From positions 6,677,337 to 6,741,336 of the forward strand of contig NC_052172.1 of the NCBI RefSeq assembly GCF_902713615.1: a DNA stretch of 64,000 nucleotides, written 5' to 3'. Source of the stretch: Scyliorhinus canicula (taxonomy: Eukaryota). Shown in pieces: positions 20,897 through 33,010 of the stretch. Position 1 is the stretch's first letter, and each line of letters begins with the position of its first letter. Position numbers and translations under genes: made by a program. The notes under the pieces are model-generated. The model ran no database searches. It was not told the origin of the DNA and saw nothing but the letters and a program-made list of their open reading frames with translations.

Positions 20897-22999
20897 CTTC
20901 CACTTCCACTTCGCTTTTGAACAATCTTCATCACTGGGAAGACAACACTGAAATTACAATGCTCCTCCTCCTCACTGATTGATTGACAGCCCAGCCCCGC
21001 CCACTCAGAGTTCAGCCCCGTCCTATCACATTATCAGCCCCGCCCCCTACTCTCTGAAGGGTTGATGTGGAGCTGTCAGCAATAGGAAGTTGACACATTG
21101 AGGGGCTGGGGATAGAGGGAAATGTGGAGGAGGGTTCACAGCTCAGAGGCACCAGAACAACCCCGGGGCTGAGAGGTGAATCCAGAAGTCAGGCTGCATA
21201 AACCTCGCTTCCAGTCCCTTAAATGTAGAATGCGGAGGGTGGATTAATTAAACTGCTCCAGATTAGAAATTAAGCATTTGAGAGTGTCTGAGAGAGAAAC
21301 TGGCCCCTCTGCCGGGGGGGGCACCTGAGCCTGTTGGAATAATCTCAAATTAGAGTTCAGACCAATTCGAGTTGATAATTTTGGAGCACAGAATATTGAG
21401 AGGAGATGTTAACAGTTTAGATGCTGAGCGAATCTTTCTCCCTGGGAGCGGAATTGAGATCACGGAAAAATGCCTCAGGTAATTAGTTTCCTGTTTAGAC
21501 GGAGATGGAGGAATTTCTTCTGTCAAAAGGTGATGAATCTTTGGAATATTCCACCTCAGGGAACAATGGCTGGTTTAGCACAGGGCTAAATAGCTGGCTT
21601 TCAAAGCAGACCAAGGCAGACCAGCAGCGCGGGTTCAATTCATATACCAGCCTCCCAAAACAGGCGGCGGAATGTGGCAACCAGGGGCTTTGCACAGTGA
21701 CTTCATTTCAAACCGACTTGTGACAATACGCATTTTTCATTTCAATGCGGATTGGGACATTGAATATTGAGTCAGATTGGTGACCTGCGGAGGAAATGCG
21801 GGAGGGTGATGGTGGGGTTAGGTACAGCTGGTGGTAGAGATGAGGGACTTGGACGTTGGGCTAGAGTGATGAACTGATAAAGGAGTCAGAGTCATTGGCG
21901 GGGATGGGGGGGGGGGGGGCGTTGATGCTGAAAAGCGGTTTTACAGCCAATATCTAATTAGTCACGACTTTATTCAATGGCACAGCAGATTAGAGGGGCC
22001 GAATGATCTCTTCCTCCTCCTGCTGTTGTTCTGACATCTGAATGGATAAAGCCTCCCGTGCCAGTATCTAGTTTATATTTTCCCTGGACAGGTTAGATTC
22101 TGTCCAAGTTAAAAGTCTAAGTTGTGACCTATTATTACAATCCCAGTCGAACCTGATTATTGAAATAGAAACAGGAATTTCCCAATGACAGCTGGAATGT
22201 GTCACATCACAAGAATTCACATTTTACGGTTTTGACTCTGACAAACTACTAAAATCAAGAGAGTAAACATTAATAGGTAAATACTTAGCTAAATCTTGAA
22301 TGTTAGCTAAATACTGGACATCTTGGGAATGTAAAAAACAATAAGACTAATAGACTACAGAAAAGGCTGTTTCTCATTAACCAAATAATTGAAACTCTGA
22401 CATTCTGTTGTACCTCAAATTAAAGGATATAAATGAGGAAGAATTGGGGTGCCGGCCCCCAAATCAAGCGACGGAATCTTCAAGTTGGACCCGGGCTGAT
22501 CAATCACTGCAGATATTTATTGACACAAACTGGAAACGTGGAACTGGCTCTGTCTGGAGTGAACGGGAGCTTTAACACAATCTGTCATTGAGTGTTCCTG
22601 AACCAGGACATGGAGATTTAGGGAGAAAGGCGGGATGATAGGGCTCAGAAACAGAGCGGCCATGATCTCAGTCAATGGTTGAACATTCCCAAGATACTGA
22701 ATCTGCTCCTGCGCAGAATAGAAGGGCTGAATGGCCTCCGACTGCTCCTGCGAAACAACTTCAGGGGATGGTGAATGACCTAGTGCTTGGCAGAGGGAGG
22801 AATGGTTTCCTGCTGTTCCTGAATTGAAAATGCAAGGATTCTTAAAGAAAGATCTAACCCTAGCTTGCGGGGCTCACAGGAAGTGAATTGTCTCCTCCTG
22901 CCCCCGTGTCCTTGTTAATCTCTGCACCCGACACTGCTCTCTTTCATGGTCCTCGAGCGCCGCCTGCTGTTAGTCTGGAGAAAAATGCATTTAGTGGAT

Positions 23000-24000
23000 A
23001 AAGAACAAAGAACAATAAAAAGTGCAGCACATGAAAAGGCCCTTCGGCCCATGGGCCAACCATCCTGCCGGTCTAACCTAAAAACATTTACACTTCGTAT
23101 CCCTCTATTCGTATCCTATTCATGTATTTGTCAAGTTGCCCCTTAAACGTCACTATCGTACCTGCTTCCACCACATCTTCCGGCAGCGGGTACCAGGCAC
23201 CCACTACCCTCTGTGTAAAAAACTTTCCTCTCACATCTCCTCTAAATTTTGTTCCTCGCACCTTAAACATATGTCCTATCATAATTGATTCTTCCACCCT
23301 GGGAAACATCTTCTTTGTCTCCACTCTGGCCATGCCCCACATCAAAGCAAATTACTGCAGATGCTGGACCCTGAAAGGAAAGAGAAAATGCTGGACTATC
23401 TCAGCAGGTCTTGCAGCATCTGTAGGGAGAGAGATGAGCCAACGTTTTGACTCCAATGACTTTGACAAAGAGTCATTGGACTCGAAACATTAGCTCTTTT
23501 CTTTCCCTACAGATGCTGCCAGACCTGCTGAGATTTTTCAACATTTTCTCTTTTGTTTCATGCCTCACATAATTTTGTCGACTTCTATGTCCCAGCCGAT
23601 GAAGACAACCATGTCATATGCCTTCAAAACTACCTTCTCCACCTGCATTGCCATTTTCAGTGACCTGTACACTGAGATCCCTCTGCCTGACAATACTCGT
23701 AAAGATTCTGCAATTTACTGTATATTTCCCACCTGTACTGGCCCTTCCGAAATGCAGTACCTCAGATTTGTCCAGATTAAACTCCATCTGAGACCTATCT
23801 GCCCAAGTCTCCAATAGATCTCCATCCTGCTGTATCCTCTGACAGTCTTCATCATTATCTGCAATTCCACCAACCTTTGTGTCATCTGCAAACTTACTAA
23901 TCAAACCAGTTACATGTTCCTCCAAATAATTTATATGTGCAACAAACAACAAATATCCCTGCATTGATCCCTGTGGAACACCACGAGTCACAGCCCTCCA
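23000..24000 (-). mobile_element. Degraded CR1 RT fragment interrupted by a palindromic element
   Basis: ORFs 23088..23345 and 23614..23991 carry GVPQG and FADD motifs. Confidence 0.8.
23343..23558. repeat. Long imperfect palindrome, Penelope pseudo-LTR-like (related copies at ~17700-17790 and ~57770-57990)
   Basis: Arms gagaaaatgctgg...ctcagcaggtc...gcagcatctgtaggga and their reverse complement around a central GAGTC-ATTG-GACTC hairpin. Family assignment is from recollection. Confidence 0.6.
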
Positions 24001-24937
24001 TTCAGAAAAATTTTGTTTTAATAATGGATTATGTACTTGAGGACATTCAAATGTATCATGAATTAAAATAGTTTTTATATAGCGAAATAATAGACGTTTT
24101 GAACTTTATTTCATTTCAGCTCAGCATCATTCCTGGAGTCTGCCAGTAGTGGATATTGGGTCTGTTGGTTTGGATGGTGTAAATGTTGGCATGAGTTGGC
24201 ACAATGGCTAGAAGGTGCCATGATTTGGCATTATAGACATGAGGAGAGGGAGGGGTGAAGTGTGCTTGATGGGAGAGGTACAGAGGGTCTAATATTTGAC
24301 AAACAATTGGGACAAAGTGCCAGAGAAATAAGGCGGGCCTCTTAAACAGCCAGCTTCAACAATCAGCAATAGTTATGGTTATCTCCAATCTGCATTTGAT
24401 GATTACTCCATCCCACACTGGTCTCCTCAGGATGAAGATTCTGCTTTGGTGCACTTTCCTGAGCAAGACAGAGGAGCACCGTTTGACTCTTTGCTTCTTT
24501 TTCAGAATCTTTCTCTCCAACTCCACAAGCCTCTGCATCTATTTCCTCCCTGCCTCTTCCAATCTGTCTGTCTGTCTCTCTCTGACTCTCTGTGTGCCTC
24601 ACTCCCAGTGTGTATGTGTGCGCGCATGTGTATCTCACCCTCCGTTAGTGTATCTCTCACTCTCTCTATATATCTTTGTCTCTCTCCTTATGGGTGCCTA
24701 TCTGTGCCTACACATTACAAACACCCTGCCACCCCCTCCCCGCCCGCCACTCACTTTTGGCACAATCTAAATGGACGTTTCTGGGTGCGATCTGATGGAA
24801 AAGTCATTTGTCACAGATTTTTCATGGGAGCGTCCCACCGGCTCTGTCGGCGAGTTCCCCACCGCTATCGAACCACACCAAGCGTGTGATTGTGCGGCCA
24901 AGTTGTGCTGAAGCGAGGCTGTTAAATCGCAGGAGAG

Positions 24938-25255
24938 ACCAGAGAATCATAGAACCCCTACAGTGCAGAAAGAGGCCAATCAGCCCATCAAGCCTGCAAT
25001 GACCCTCTGAAACAGCGCCGTACCGAGGCCCATACCCCACATTACCCCATAACCCCCCCAAGGGCCACATTAGCATGGCGAAGCCATCAAACCTGCACAT
25101 CTTTGGCATGTGGGAAGAAACCGGAGCGTCCGGAGGAAACCCACGCAGACATGAGGGGAATGTGCAAACTCCACACAGACAGTGACCCAAGGTTAGAATC
25201 GAACCCGGGTCCCTGGCGCAGTGCAGCGCTAACCACTGTGCCACTGTGGCACCAA
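24938..25255 (-). mobile_element. V-SINE inserted in the left Harbinger inverted repeat
   Basis: Full head, V-domain and tail. Confidence 0.85.
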
Positions 25256-26607
25256 TTACCGAAAAGAGAACTGCACCGGGCATTGATCCGTTTGCGATCT
25301 AACTGGCCCGCTCCCGTTGGTGGAATTCGGACCCCAATGCAGCGTGTCGAGAAACCGATAATCACCACTTAAGCGCAGTCTCCCTCCAATTAACGGCCTC
25401 CCGTGATCTGAACCCCTCCCCAGCAAGTGGTTCTGTGGGCACCGATTAGTTCTCCTTTTTGAAAACAAGAACCTTGTGGAAGGGCTGCTGAGGGGACCCG
25501 AGGAGGTGGGTCGCCATCTTCACCCACAGGCACAGAGCACGGGGTCACTGGGGTTGCTGCAAGGCCGCCCCACTATAAATCGTGAATTGGCCCACTTAAA
25601 GTGGCCCTCCAGGTTTAACGCTGCAAATCACCATCTGTCAGCTGATTCATTGGGACCGCACTCTCCAGCCCCCTGCTAACAAGTGACAGCAGGACTTGCA
25701 CAGCCAGCCCCACTCAGCTCGCAGCCGAGCTCCAAGGATACCAGCCACAGTTTGGTGGTACCGACTTGGGAAGCCTGCTGGACATGGTGGATGTGACAAA
25801 GGAGGTCCTAATTTGCCGAGGGTCCAGGAGGGTCAGCCACAGGTCAGCCAGTGTCGCCTGGGAAGACTGCCATGCACTGCCGTAAGAAGGTCAACCACCG
25901 CCACCGCGCCACAGTGGAGGTTGGCATTGGACCACCAGTAGCCTCTCAGGAATGTGTCTGGCACCGCCCCCACCCAGCTCCGTTCCATTTCCCTGCAGAA
26001 CCATAGCCAGCCGTGCCACTCATGCCGCCCAATACTCCGCCCACCCTAGCCATACTATGTGCTCACCCATAAGCCCTAGTCCCGCATACTCCGCTTTCCT
26101 CTCCCTTCCTTACCACCGCCCTCATATGGCCCACCCCCCCCCCCCAATATGGCCATTTCCCCGCAGCCCCCACAAGCCTCCCAAACCCCGCGGTGAAAGA
26201 TGCGTGCTGCACCGATACCCCCTCTGTGTGCTCACAGGAGAAGCTGGCTCACAACAGGAGGGAGAGGATCCAGACAAGCAGCAGAGTGCCAGACATACGA
26301 GTCCTCGCCCCCGACGAGGAACAGGCCCTGGTGGTTCCGGGACTGGGTGAGGACAGATCCGGAACCAACGTGGATGTCGGACTACGCCGCAGAGAAGAGG
26401 ATCCACCGACATGCTTCAAGGTGCTCTGTCACATGTGAGTTGTTATTGCCTTCCAGACTGACCCAGTAACTGTGCTCCAGAAGCTCAGCATCTGACATTT
26501 CCCACCGAGTTGTGTATCTCTGGCTGGTTGAGCGGGGTGTGACAGCTGTGTCTTGGATAAGCTGGTGTTCTCGGCACTCCCATCTGGGGAGTTCCCATGG
26601 AATGCAG

Positions 26608-27795
26608 TGGGGGACCGTAATATACATGGACTTCAGTAAGGCATTTTATAAAGTTTCCCATGGCAAGTTGATGGAAAGAGAGAAGTCGTATGGGGTTCAG
26701 GGTGCACTAGCTAGATGGATAAAGAATTGGCTGGGCAACAGGAGACAGAGAGTAGTGGTGGAAGGGTGTGTCTCAAAATGGAGAAAGGTGACTTGTGGTG
26801 TTCCACAGGGATCTGTGCTCGGACCACTGTTGTTTGTGATATACATAAATGATCTGGAGGAAGGTATAGGTGGTCTGATTAGCAAGTTTGCAGATGATAC
26901 TAAGGTTGGTGGAGTTGCAGATAGCGAGGAGGACTGTCAGAGAATACAGCAAAATATAGATAGATTGGAGAGTTGGGCAGAGAAATGGCAGATTGAGTTC
27001 AATCCAGGCAAATGCGAGGTGATGCATTTTGGAAGATCTAATTCAAGAGCGGACTATACGGTCAATGGAAAAGTCCTGGGGAAAATTGATGTACAGAGAG
27101 ATCTGGGAGTTCAGGTCCATTGTACCCTGAAGGTGGCAACGCAGGTCGACAGAGTGGTCAAGAAGGCATACAGCATGCTTGCCTTCATCGGACGGGGTAT
27201 TGAGTACAAGAGTAGGCAGGTCATGTTAGAGTTGTCTAGAACTTTGGTGAGGCCACATTTGGAATACTGCATGCAGTTCTGGTCGCCAGATTACCAGAAG
27301 GATGTGGATCCTACAGAGAGGGTGCAGAGGAGGTTCACCAGGATGTTGCCTGGTATGGAGGGTGCTAGCTATGAAGAAAGGTTGAGTAGATTAGGATTGT
27401 TTTCATTGGAAAGACGGAGATTGAGGGGGGACCTAATTGACGTCGACAAAAGTATGAGAGGTATGGACAGGGTGGATAGCAACAAGCTTTTTCCAAGATT
27501 GGGGGTGTCAATTACAAGGGGTCACGACATCAAGGTGAGAGGGGGAAAGTTTAAGGCAGATGTGCATGGAAACTGTTTTACGCAGAGGGTGGTGGGTGCG
27601 TGGAACGCTTTGCCAGCGAGGTGGGAGAGGTGGGAACGATAGCATCATTTAAGATGCATCTAGACAGATATATGAATGGGCGGGGAACAGAGGGAAGTAG
27701 ATCCTTGGAAAAAAGACAGGTTTAGACAAAGGATCTGGATCGGCGCAGGCTGGGAGGGCCGAAGGGCCTGTTCCTGTGCTGTAATTTTCTTTGTT
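26608..27795 (+). mobile_element. CR1 RT fragment, same subfamily as 50820-53790
   Basis: ORF 26512..27642 from IYMDFSKAF onward; (ttctttg)n tail. Confidence 0.92.
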
Positions 27796-28074
27796 CTTTG
27801 TCCTTTGTATCCCTCCCACTAACCATTCTCCATTCTCCCGCAGGATCGTCACCCGCCGGTGCCGGCCCGTCCAGGGTGGTCCTCCCACACTGTTTCCCAT
27901 GAGAACTCCCCGGAGGGGAGTGCCGAGAACACCACCTTATCCGAGTCACAGCTGTCACACCCCCTTCAACTAGCCAGAGACACAACTCGGTGGGAACTAT
28001 CAGATGCTGAGCTTCTGGAGCACAGTTACTCAGAGTTCATGCAGATGCTGAGGACCGTCCATGATATTCAGATG

Positions 28075-28535
28075 GAGATGGAACGTTTAAGTTACGAAGA
28101 GATGTTGGATAGGCTTGGGTTGTTTTCACTCGAGCAGAGAAGACAGAGGGGCGTCTTGATCGAGGTGTACAAGGTTATAAGGGGCATGGACAGGGTGGAT
28201 AGGGAACAGCTGTTTCCCTTTAGTTGAAGGCTCAGTTACGAGGGGCCACAAGTTCAAGGTGAGGGGAGGGAGGTTTCGGGGGGAATTTGAAGAGAAACCT
28301 TATTACACAGAGGGTGGTGACGCTGTGGAAGACACTGCCTGGGAGGTGGTAGAGGCGGGTTGCCTCACACCCCTTAAAAAGTACCTGGATGAGACTTGGC
28401 ACGTCATAACATTCAAGGCTATGGGCCAAGTGCTGGCAAATAGGATTAGGTAGGGAGGTCAGGGTTTATTTATGCGTTGGTGCAGACTCGATGGGCCGAA
28501 GGGCCTCTTCCGTACTGTAGTATTCTGTGATTCTG
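28075..28535 (+). mobile_element. CR1 3' fragment
   Basis: RLSYEEMLDRLGLFSLE motif and 3' tail. Confidence 0.8.
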
Positions 28536-29219
28536 ATGTCAGCGACACTCAAGCAGGTCAATATCTGATTGCAGGAGCCCAGCTGCTATGGCAGCAGGAG
28601 ATGGCACCGGCAATGCGTGGCCAACGTTGCTAGGGTGGCAACTGCAATGGAGAACCTCGTGGACGATATCAGCAGCATGAGTGGAGGTGTGAAAGGCATG
28701 GCTCGGCTCAGCCAATGACAGCAATAGCTGTGCTCTTCGACAGTGTGACCAAGTCGCTGGAGAACGTGACCCAGTACCAGAACTTGACGAGGCAGTGCAG
28801 ATCATGTCCCATTCAAGGATGGGATGTCAAGGATGTTGACAGCATGCTGCAGCCATTGGTGAGCGGCCAGGCCTCTAGGGGCAACTGAGTTTAACCCAGC
28901 TGGCGTTCCATCCCGAGGTGAATCCAGGGCCTTGGGGGCTGGGGGGGGGGCTGGGTGACAACCCAGAGCCACCCGATGGAGTGGTGGCAATGCCCTCCCC
29001 CCTCACCCTGAACCCACCCCACTGTCAACGGTACATCTCAGAGTCAGCACCGGGAAACGGGCGGGAAGGGGGGGGGGCATGTGCCACCAGCAAGTGCCCT
29101 CTGACCCAGGTTCCCCAGAGGATGTTATCAGGAGCATCCAACGTCACAGGCTGCCTCGAGCTCTGATGTGCATCCTGGGGGCACACCTAGACACATTGGT
29201 GGAAAGACAAAGGCCATTG

Positions 29220-29304
29220 TGTTGATGTGCATCACTGTAAATACACAAGGGATTATTGTAAATTCATGGAGAGTAGCTAGACACTAGAGGGAGCACCAGA
29301 GACA

Positions 29305-29338
<34 letters not shown>

Positions 29339-29704
29339 ATCCAATACATCAGTTAGATGGAACACGACCAATGGGCATTCACGATACACACAGAGGTGAC
29401 ACGACCACAGGAGGGCATTACACCAACCCATATATAAAGGATACCACACACATGATCTGCCTCTTTCCAGTGGGGACAGTCAGTGAGTAGAGACACAGGG
29501 TTCATTTGATATCACTCCCACCACGTGGATTGTAGCAGTCTGATTAGTTAGTCTGAGTAGCTATAGTAGGATTAACAGTAGTGTTGAACCCGTTATAGAA
29601 GTGCATATAGTTTAATAAACGTGTTGAAGTTATCTCCACGTCTGATCCTTCCTTTGTCAAGTGCACCACAAGGAAGCTGCTTATGCTACACCTAGAGCAT
29701 AACA
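29220..29704 (+). mobile_element. Probable solo LTR containing a (CA)n microsatellite
   Basis: TGTTGATG...CATAACA termini, TATATAAAG and AATAAA inside; no clean TSD found. Confidence 0.5.
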
Positions 29705-32071
29705 AGGCAGCCATGTCCTATGTGATGCAGGCGAGGATAAGGGCCTCGCTGGCCCTCTGTTCTTGCCGGACCCTCGTCACTGCCGCCTGCCATTTATCCT
29801 CCAGACGGTCCTCAGGATCCTCCCTGGGCTCATCCTCCAGACACTCCTGGTGCGGCGCCTCCCCATCCTTGTCATCATCCACCCCCACCTCCTCATCCTC
29901 CTGGTCCTCGGAGGCCACATGTGCCAACCCGTCCACCTCCAGCACATCGTATCACTGCTGTGCCAGGTTGTGGAGTGCACAGCAGACCATCACAAAGTGG
30001 GCCACCTTCTGGGGGCTGTACTGCAATGCCCGATCAGAGCAGCCAAGACTTGATGAGTCCGACGCATGCTCAGTGACAGCGCAGGGGGCTGCATGGGCCT
30101 CGTTGTATGGGGTCTCCGCATTGGTCACCGGCCTCTGTACCAGCGTCATTGGCCACGTCCTCAGCGGGCATCCCTAATTCCCCAAGAGCCAGCCGGGCAT
30201 CCTGGGGTGGTCTTTGAAGGGACCGGGGTTGTCTAACGGCCGCAGGATGTAGCTGTCATGCACATTCCAAGTGGTGCAAAGTCCGCAAGTGTGTGGTATA
30301 GATGCTGCACCGTCCCTTTGTTGAGGTGGAGCTTCCTGTGGCACATGTTGTCCATCACGTGTTCGAAAGACCAGCAGGTACAATAGTGACATTTAAGGGG
30401 TGTATTGACAAATGGATGGGAATAGAGGGATACGGACCCCAGAAGTGTAGTAGGTTTTAGGTTAGATGGGTAGCATGGTTGGCGCAGGATTGCAGGGCTG
30501 GAGGGCCTGTTCCTGTTCCTGTTTCTTTACCCTGCTGTTGTAGGACCTTTCTTTGTTCTTTGATGCCTGTACACGTTGGATCATTGCCGGCTTCTCCCTC
30601 TGGGTCCCTCACTGGCCTGATGGATGGTCAGGTCCTCAGGGTGTGGGGAGGGGTCCTGTACATGGGCCTCCGCCTCTAGCCTCTGTCAGCACTGCTGTGA
30701 CTACCTTCTCCGGCATCTGGCCTTCTGCACTGCCAGCAGACCGACGAGGGAAGCTGCCTCGGGTACCAAGATATCATTCATTCCAGGTAATATCTGTAAG
30801 GGATGGGAAAGTGTGAGAGACTGACAACCAACAGCGTTTTCCACCTTGGGACCATCCATTCCTCCATTGCTCCCTCCCCCCAACTCCCTGCCATCTGACA
30901 TGCCCTGCCCACGCACCCCCGGGCACAGCAGGGGCCGCTGCTCACCGGACCCCTAACCCTTTACCCCAGACACCCACATGTAACGTTACCTGGTGCGGGT
31001 GCTGGTTCCCTCCCTGGTGCACACACCCTCCCTCTGGTCACGGAAATGTCCCCGGTGCCAGGGCCCTGCCTCTGGGTGATTGGATGTTGGCCCCTGCACC
31101 CAGGGTGTTGCCTGCCACAGTGCCCAGGCCTCACAGTCTGAATGGGTTGCTTCGCAAGAGCCCCCACTGTTACATGGCACACTTACCCATGGGAATCCAC
31201 TTGGGTTGTGTGAAGTGCTCCCTTCACTCTGATGTCCAATTCCCAAATAACAATAGACTTCAGCCGCTCGGCCTGAGGCCTCCCCGGTCAGCGGGGGTTA
31301 TCGGTGGGGCAGGTGGGCTGCATCCGGAATGGGACCACACGGTCCTGGGGTTGACATGGCGGACCCGCAGACGCTGAGGCACTCATCTCCCCCCTCCGCT
31401 CCCCCCCGCTCCCGGCCATGGGTGGCCACCCCCCCTGCACAACACCCCCAACCCCCCCCCCACCGAAAACACAACCACACCCACCCTCCAGCCCAGGTCA
31501 TGGACAGCCACCCCCCCCCCCCTACACAACACCCCAACCCCCATCCACACATCCCACCCCCCCACCATGGGAGCTCCCCTCTCTCCGATCACCGGGACAG
31601 CAGCTCCAGTCCCCCTGGGCCCTGTGCCTGTGGGTGAAGATGGCTACCCACCTCCTCGGATCCCAGCTGCAGCCCTATAGCCAGCTTCCGTTTTAAAAAA
31701 GGAGTACTAACTGGCACCTATGTGACGACTTGCTGGGGAGGCGGTTAGATCACGGAAGGCGGTTAGATAGGGGTCGCTCCCGTTTATTAGATGGAGATTG
31801 GGCTAAGTGGTGATTATTGGTTTCTCACCGCGCTCCGGCAGAATCCTGATTTCACCAACAGGAGCGGACCGGTTACATCGCAAATGCATTGGCGCCGGGC
31901 GTGGGTCTCATTTTTGGTCTCTCTGCGATTTAACGGCCCGATTGCACTCTCGCTTAAGTGCAACATGGCTGCAGAATCGCACCTGAAATGTAATTTGACA
32001 GCGGTGTGGAACTCGCTGGCAGAATTAACTGGAAACTCCCCACATAACCAGCCACAAATGTTCCTTTTTTT

Positions 32072-32357
32072 AGAATCATAGTATCCCAACAGTACAGGAG
32101 GAGGCCATTTGGCCCATTGAGTCTGCACCGACCCACTGAAAGAGCCTTTCACCCAAACTCACTTCCCTGCCCTACCCCAGAACCCATTAACCTAACCGAC
32201 ACATCTTTGGACTGTTGCAGGAAACCTGAGCACCCGGAGGAAACCCACACAGACACGGGGAGAACGTGAAAACACATAGTCACCTGAGGCTGGAATTGAA
32301 CCCAGGTCCTTTGTATTGTAAGGCAGCAGTGCTAACCACTGTGCCACCGTGCCGCCC
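32072..32357 (-). mobile_element. V-SINE
   Basis: Reverse-complement head, V-domain and tail. Confidence 0.85.
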
Positions 32358-33010
32358 CTTCCAATTTTTACATTTATATTCCACCCTCTGTCTGTATTGT
32401 TGTGAATCTTTTTCTCTCTGTGCCTCTCTTGTCATGTGTGTCTAACTTTCTCTGCATGCTTGTGTGTATCCCTCTCTGTCTGTCTCTCTAATCTCTGTCT
32501 GCCTCTCTGTCTCTAATGTATCTCTTGCTGCTCCTTTCTCACTGTGTCTAAATCTCTCTCTGTGTCTTTCCGCACCTCTCTCTCTTTATGGCTCTCTCAT
32601 GTATACATCTGACGCACTCCCTCTTTCTGCTTGCCTCTGTGTCTCTCTCTCTCTTTCTCCGTGTCTCTCTCTTTCTCTCTCACTGTGTGTGCCTCCCTCT
32701 CTCTCTCTCTTTGAGCCTCATTTTGTTACCCGTTCAACCTCTTTCTTCATTTGATCCTTTAATAAATAAAAACACTCACACAGAGGAACTTGTTGTTATT
32801 ATTTTAGACGAGGAGACTGCTCATTTCCATTAAGTGCACACATGGGATAGTGAGGGAAAGAAATAAAAACGTCTTGATGAGAGGAAGTGGGGGGGGGGGG
32901 GAACAGAGTGAGAAAGGGGAGAGAATGAGGGAAATAGCGCAGTGAAGGAAAACTGAGATAAGTTCACAATGACATGTTATTGTGCTTGATACCACAATGT
33001 GTGAATATGC

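Larger units (their letters stand above)
24882..31983. mobile_element. Decayed PIF/Harbinger transposon: Myb/SANT-like ORF remnants on +, HARBI1-like nuclease remnants on -
   Basis: Long degenerate inverted repeats (~24882-25420 versus ~31745-31983). Nuclease motifs HDSYIL, WLLG, YNEAH, LQYSPQKV, CCALHN at 29950-30400; EKLAHNRRER at ~26235. Confidence 0.75.
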
